Below, in pieces: positions 55,744-58,490 of a stretch of DNA of 58,490 nt (the stretch's first letter is position 1; each line of letters starts with the position of its first letter). The position numbers and the translations under genes are program-made. This DNA comes from Syntrophorhabdales bacterium. Its GTDB lineage: Bacteria > Desulfobacterota > Syntrophorhabdia > Syntrophorhabdales > WCHB1-27. The notes below the pieces were generated by a model. That model searched no databases, had not been told where the DNA came from, and saw nothing but the letters and a program-made list of their open reading frames with translations. The DNA lies in NCBI GenBank assembly GCA_049521495.1, contig JBEKOT010000003.1:1-58490 (forward strand), written 5' to 3'.

Positions 55744-57495
55744 CTATTCCTTCGTGATCTTCAGCCTCAGCTCGGTGAGCTGCCTCTGCCGTACGGCGCC
55801 AGGGGCACCCGACAGCAAACAGGTCCCTTTCTGCGTCTTCGGGAAGGGGATCACGTCCCTTATGCTCTCGAGACCCAAAAGCATCATAAGGATGCGGTCG
55901 ATCCCGAAAGCGATGCCTCCGTGCGGGGGCGCCCCCATCTCCAGCGCCTCCAGGAGAAAGCCGAACTGCTCGACCGCCTCTTCTTCTTTTATATTGAGCA
56001 GCCTGAACATCCCCATCTGCTCGTCTTTCTCGTGTATCCTGACGCTGCCGCCGCCGATTTCAACCCCGTTCAATACGAGGTCGTAAGCCTTGGCCCGCAT
56101 GGACTCGTAGTCGCCCGCGAAATCGGCAATCCTGCCCGCAGGCGACGTGAATGGGTGATGGCGCGCCACGTACCTCTTCTCCTCCGCGCTGTATTCGAAA
56201 AGGGGGAAATTGACGACCCAGAGAAAACGGTCTTCACCTTTCCTCACAAGGTCGTACCGCTCGCCCAAATAAGTGCGGAACTTCCCCAGTATCTCGTTTA
56301 CCTTGTCCCTTGCGTCGGCCATTATGAAGGCCACGTCGCCGTTTTCGAGGCCGAAGGCCCCGTCTACCGCCTGCGTTTCGGCATCGGTCAGGTATTTCAC
56401 GATGGGTGAAGAGAGCTTCCCTTCGTCTTTCCGCATCCAGATCAGGCCGCCCGCGCCTAACGACTTCGCCGTTTCGACGGCGGTGTCCAGGTCTTTTCTC
56501 GAAAGCTGCTTGCCCTTCAGGGCGATGCCCTTTACGGCTCCCCCGCCGTCGAAAGCCTTCCTGAATACGCCGAAGGCCGTGGACGAGAACGACCCCGTCA
56601 GCTCCTCCATGGGCAGCTCGAAGCGGAGGTCCGGCTTGTCGGTGCCGTAGCGCTCCATCGCCTCGCCGTAATCCATACGCGTGAAAGGCCTTTCAAGGGG
56701 AACCCTCTTTACCGACTCGTAGACGGCGGCCACGACGTCCTCGCTTACTTTTATGACGTCGTCCACGTCCACGAAGCTCATCTCGATGTCGAGCTGGGTA
56801 AACTCCGGCTGCCGGTCCGCCCTCAGGTCCTCGTCCCTGAAGCACCGCACGATCTGGAAATACCTGTCGAAGCCGGCCACCATCAGTATCTGCTTGAAAA
56901 GCTGGGGCGACTGGGGCAGCGCGTAGAACTGGCCCGGGTTCAGCCTGGAGGGAACGATAAAGTCTCTTGCCCCTTCAGGGGTGCTCTTCGTGAGAAAAGG
57001 CGTCTCGATCTCGAAAAAACCCCTGGAAGCCAGATGGTTACGTATCACCTGGGACGCTCTGCTCCGGGCCAGAAACGTCTCCTGCACCTTCGGGCGGCGC
57101 ATGTCCAGGTACCTGTACTTCAGCCTCAGGAACTCGTTCGGCTCCTCCTCGTCGTCGAGCTGGAAAGGCAGGGGCTTGCAGGTGTTGAGGACCCTAAGGG
57201 CCGATACGAGCACCTCCACCTCTCCGGTTGGGATGTTCGGGTTCTCGGTGCCTTCCGGCCTCGGCGAGACCGTCCCCTCGACGCGGACCACATACTCCTG
57301 CTTGATCTCGTGGGCGTCGAGGTGAGCGGCGGGCGCTATCTCCGGAGAGAAGACGACCTGCACTATGCCCGTTATGTCGCGGAGGTCTATGAATATAAGG
57401 CCGCCGTGGTCGCGCCTTCTGTACACCCATCCGGCGAGCTCGACGCTCTTGCCCACATCGGCGGCCGTGATCAGACCGCAGTATCGGTTCCGCAA
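55744..57495 (-). CDS. aspS: Aspartate--tRNA ligase (probably non-discriminating Asp/Asn type)
   Basis: TTG start after AGGAGG; RRRDHGGLIFIDLRD, LPQSPQLFKQ, FRDEDLRADRQPEFTQ, PPHGGIAFG; His in RDHGG suggests ND-AspRS. Confidence 0.96.
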   Translation of the reverse strand: MRNRYCGLITAADVGKSVELAGWVYRRRDHGGLIFIDLRDITGIVQVVFSPEIAPAAHLDAHEIKQEYVVRVEGTVSPRPEGTENPNIPTGEVEVLVSALRVLNTCKPLPFQLDDEEEPNEFLRLKYRYLDMRRPKVQETFLARSRASQVIRNHLASRGFFEIETPFLTKSTPEGARDFIVPSRLNPGQFYALPQSPQLFKQILMVAGFDRYFQIVRCFRDEDLRADRQPEFTQLDIEMSFVDVDDVIKVSEDVVAAVYESVKRVPLERPFTRMDYGEAMERYGTDKPDLRFELPMEELTGSFSSTAFGVFRKAFDGGGAVKGIALKGKQLSRKDLDTAVETAKSLGAGGLIWMRKDEGKLSSPIVKYLTDAETQAVDGAFGLENGDVAFIMADARDKVNEILGKFRTYLGERYDLVRKGEDRFLWVVNFPLFEYSAEEKRYVARHHPFTSPAGRIADFAGDYESMRAKAYDLVLNGVEIGGGSVRIHEKDEQMGMFRLLNIKEEEAVEQFGFLLEALEMGAPPHGGIAFGIDRILMMLLGLESIRDVIPFPKTQKGTCLLSGAPGAVRQRQLTELRLKITKE

Positions 57496-57517
57496 GTTGA
57501 CCCTCCTAAAGCCCTTT

Positions 57518-57546
57518 ATTTTACATGATATCGGCCGATTGGTCAA
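57518..57546 (-). promoter_or_regulatory. sigma-70 promoter of aspS
   Basis: Minus strand TTGACC-N17-TAAAAT. Confidence 0.65.
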
Positions 57547-57703
57547 GGGCCGGGCGCTTTTCGCGGGGTCGAGCGCCCCGCCCGGTCCGCCGGGATTCAT
57601 ACGGAAAGATATTGCTTTACACGGGGGGACGGCAGACCGGCAAGGAGCATCGAACTCGAGGTTGCGGGCTGGCGCGTTCGCCTGGAGAAAAGGTAGCGAC
57701 CGG

Positions 57704-58162
57704 TTATGCGGGCTCCAGCTCCGGAGTAAAGCAGGGGGCGGCGGAACAGTCGCACCTTGTCTCCTCTTCCCTTCTTTGACGCAGGAGCGTCTCGATGGCG
57801 GCTGCTATGCCGCTCCTGTCGACGGGCTTGAGAAAGACATCGTTGATCCGGAGAGCTTCCGCCCTTTCTTGCGTTCCCACGAGATCGAGGCCGGCCGTTA
57901 AGATTATCACGGGGACATCGGGGCGAATGTCCCTGATCCGCGCCGCCAACTCGGTGCCGCGGAGGCGGGGCATTATCTCGTCCGCAATAACGAGGTCGAA
58001 TCCGTAAGGGCTTTCTTTGAAGAGGTCGAAAGCTTCCAGGGAGTCCTTGCTCGCAGCCACGCCGTAGCCCAGGCGCCTGAGTATCTCGGCCTGGACCTCT
58101 AAAACCACGACTTCATCGTCGACCAGGAGAATACGGGTTTTCTCGGTTTCCGGCTGTCCCAT
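57704..58162 (-). CDS. Single-domain response regulator (CheY-like receiver)
   Basis: ILLVDDE, DLVIADEIMP, ILTA, FLKP. Confidence 0.88.
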   Translation of the reverse strand: MGQPETEKTRILLVDDEVVVLEVQAEILRRLGYGVAASKDSLEAFDLFKESPYGFDLVIADEIMPRLRGTELAARIRDIRPDVPVIILTAGLDLVGTQERAEALRINDVFLKPVDRSGIAAAIETLLRQRREEETRCDCSAAPCFTPELEPA

Positions 58163-58490
58163 CACTGTACTCCCTGGTGCCGGCAAGAAAAGCGCACGGA
58201 TTCTTCGGGTGAACGGGCAAGATGCGACCTGTCTCAGCACATAATATATAATAACACGACTTGTATCTTTCGGCAAACAAAAAACTAGGTAATTATTTAC
58301 TTGACGACGGGAAACGGGGTTGGTTCATGGCCGAGCCGCTCGCACGGTTTTTTTCGCTCCCATGGTGCCGGGTACGAACCTGTGAAATAATCCCCCCGGA
58401 CAATCATGTCCGATTTTACAGTCCGAGAGAAGACAAGCGGGTGCTTCAGCGTCACAAGGTAAGAATATTCCCTCCAGCCCTGCCTTTTTA

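Noticed and set aside
58378-58420. Rex operator (TGTGAAATAA...)
   Set aside because: Only one half-site; no matching TTCACAA at the required spacing. No Rex box seen upstream of rex either

Overview
Chromosomal window from a GC-rich anaerobic bacterium; gene content and order point to a syntrophic Deltaproteobacterium (Desulfobacterota, Syntrophorhabdus/Syntrophus-like), which is an inference. Most of it is housekeeping: nuoN tail; maf-yggS-argH-lipoprotein and lysA-dapF-dapA-dapB-rex; rplU-rpmA-obgE-proB-proA-nadD-rsfS-dksA-lapAB-apgM-comF-AsmA-like; aspS, Re-citrate synthase, prfB, zapB-zapA, 6S RNA, rny, ymdB, tyrS. There are also two molybdopterin oxidoreductase loci. The ORF track misses a UGA-recoded (selenocysteine) rhodanese with a SECIS-like hairpin, the programmed +1 frameshift in prfB, a 6S RNA overlapping zapA, a small IS200/IS605-like palindromic element with REP-like repeats, sigma-54 promoters and several probable leaderless genes. 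The best candidate for an undescribed system is a five-gene co-oriented cluster of secreted proteins at 21880-26444: a Gly/Ser/Asn-rich beta-type protein, a repeat plus beta-hairpin protein, a periplasmic protein, a 14-aa VWxxDG tandem-repeat protein and a CFI-box-CTERM papain-family protease. It may build an extracellular fibre or matrix, possibly with the orphan sigma-54-driven FapD-like C39 peptidase at 507-1226. Also notable are an RHH-PilZ fusion regulator and a highly structured leader upstream of the torD-molybdoenzyme operon. All family calls come from motif recognition; no searches were run.
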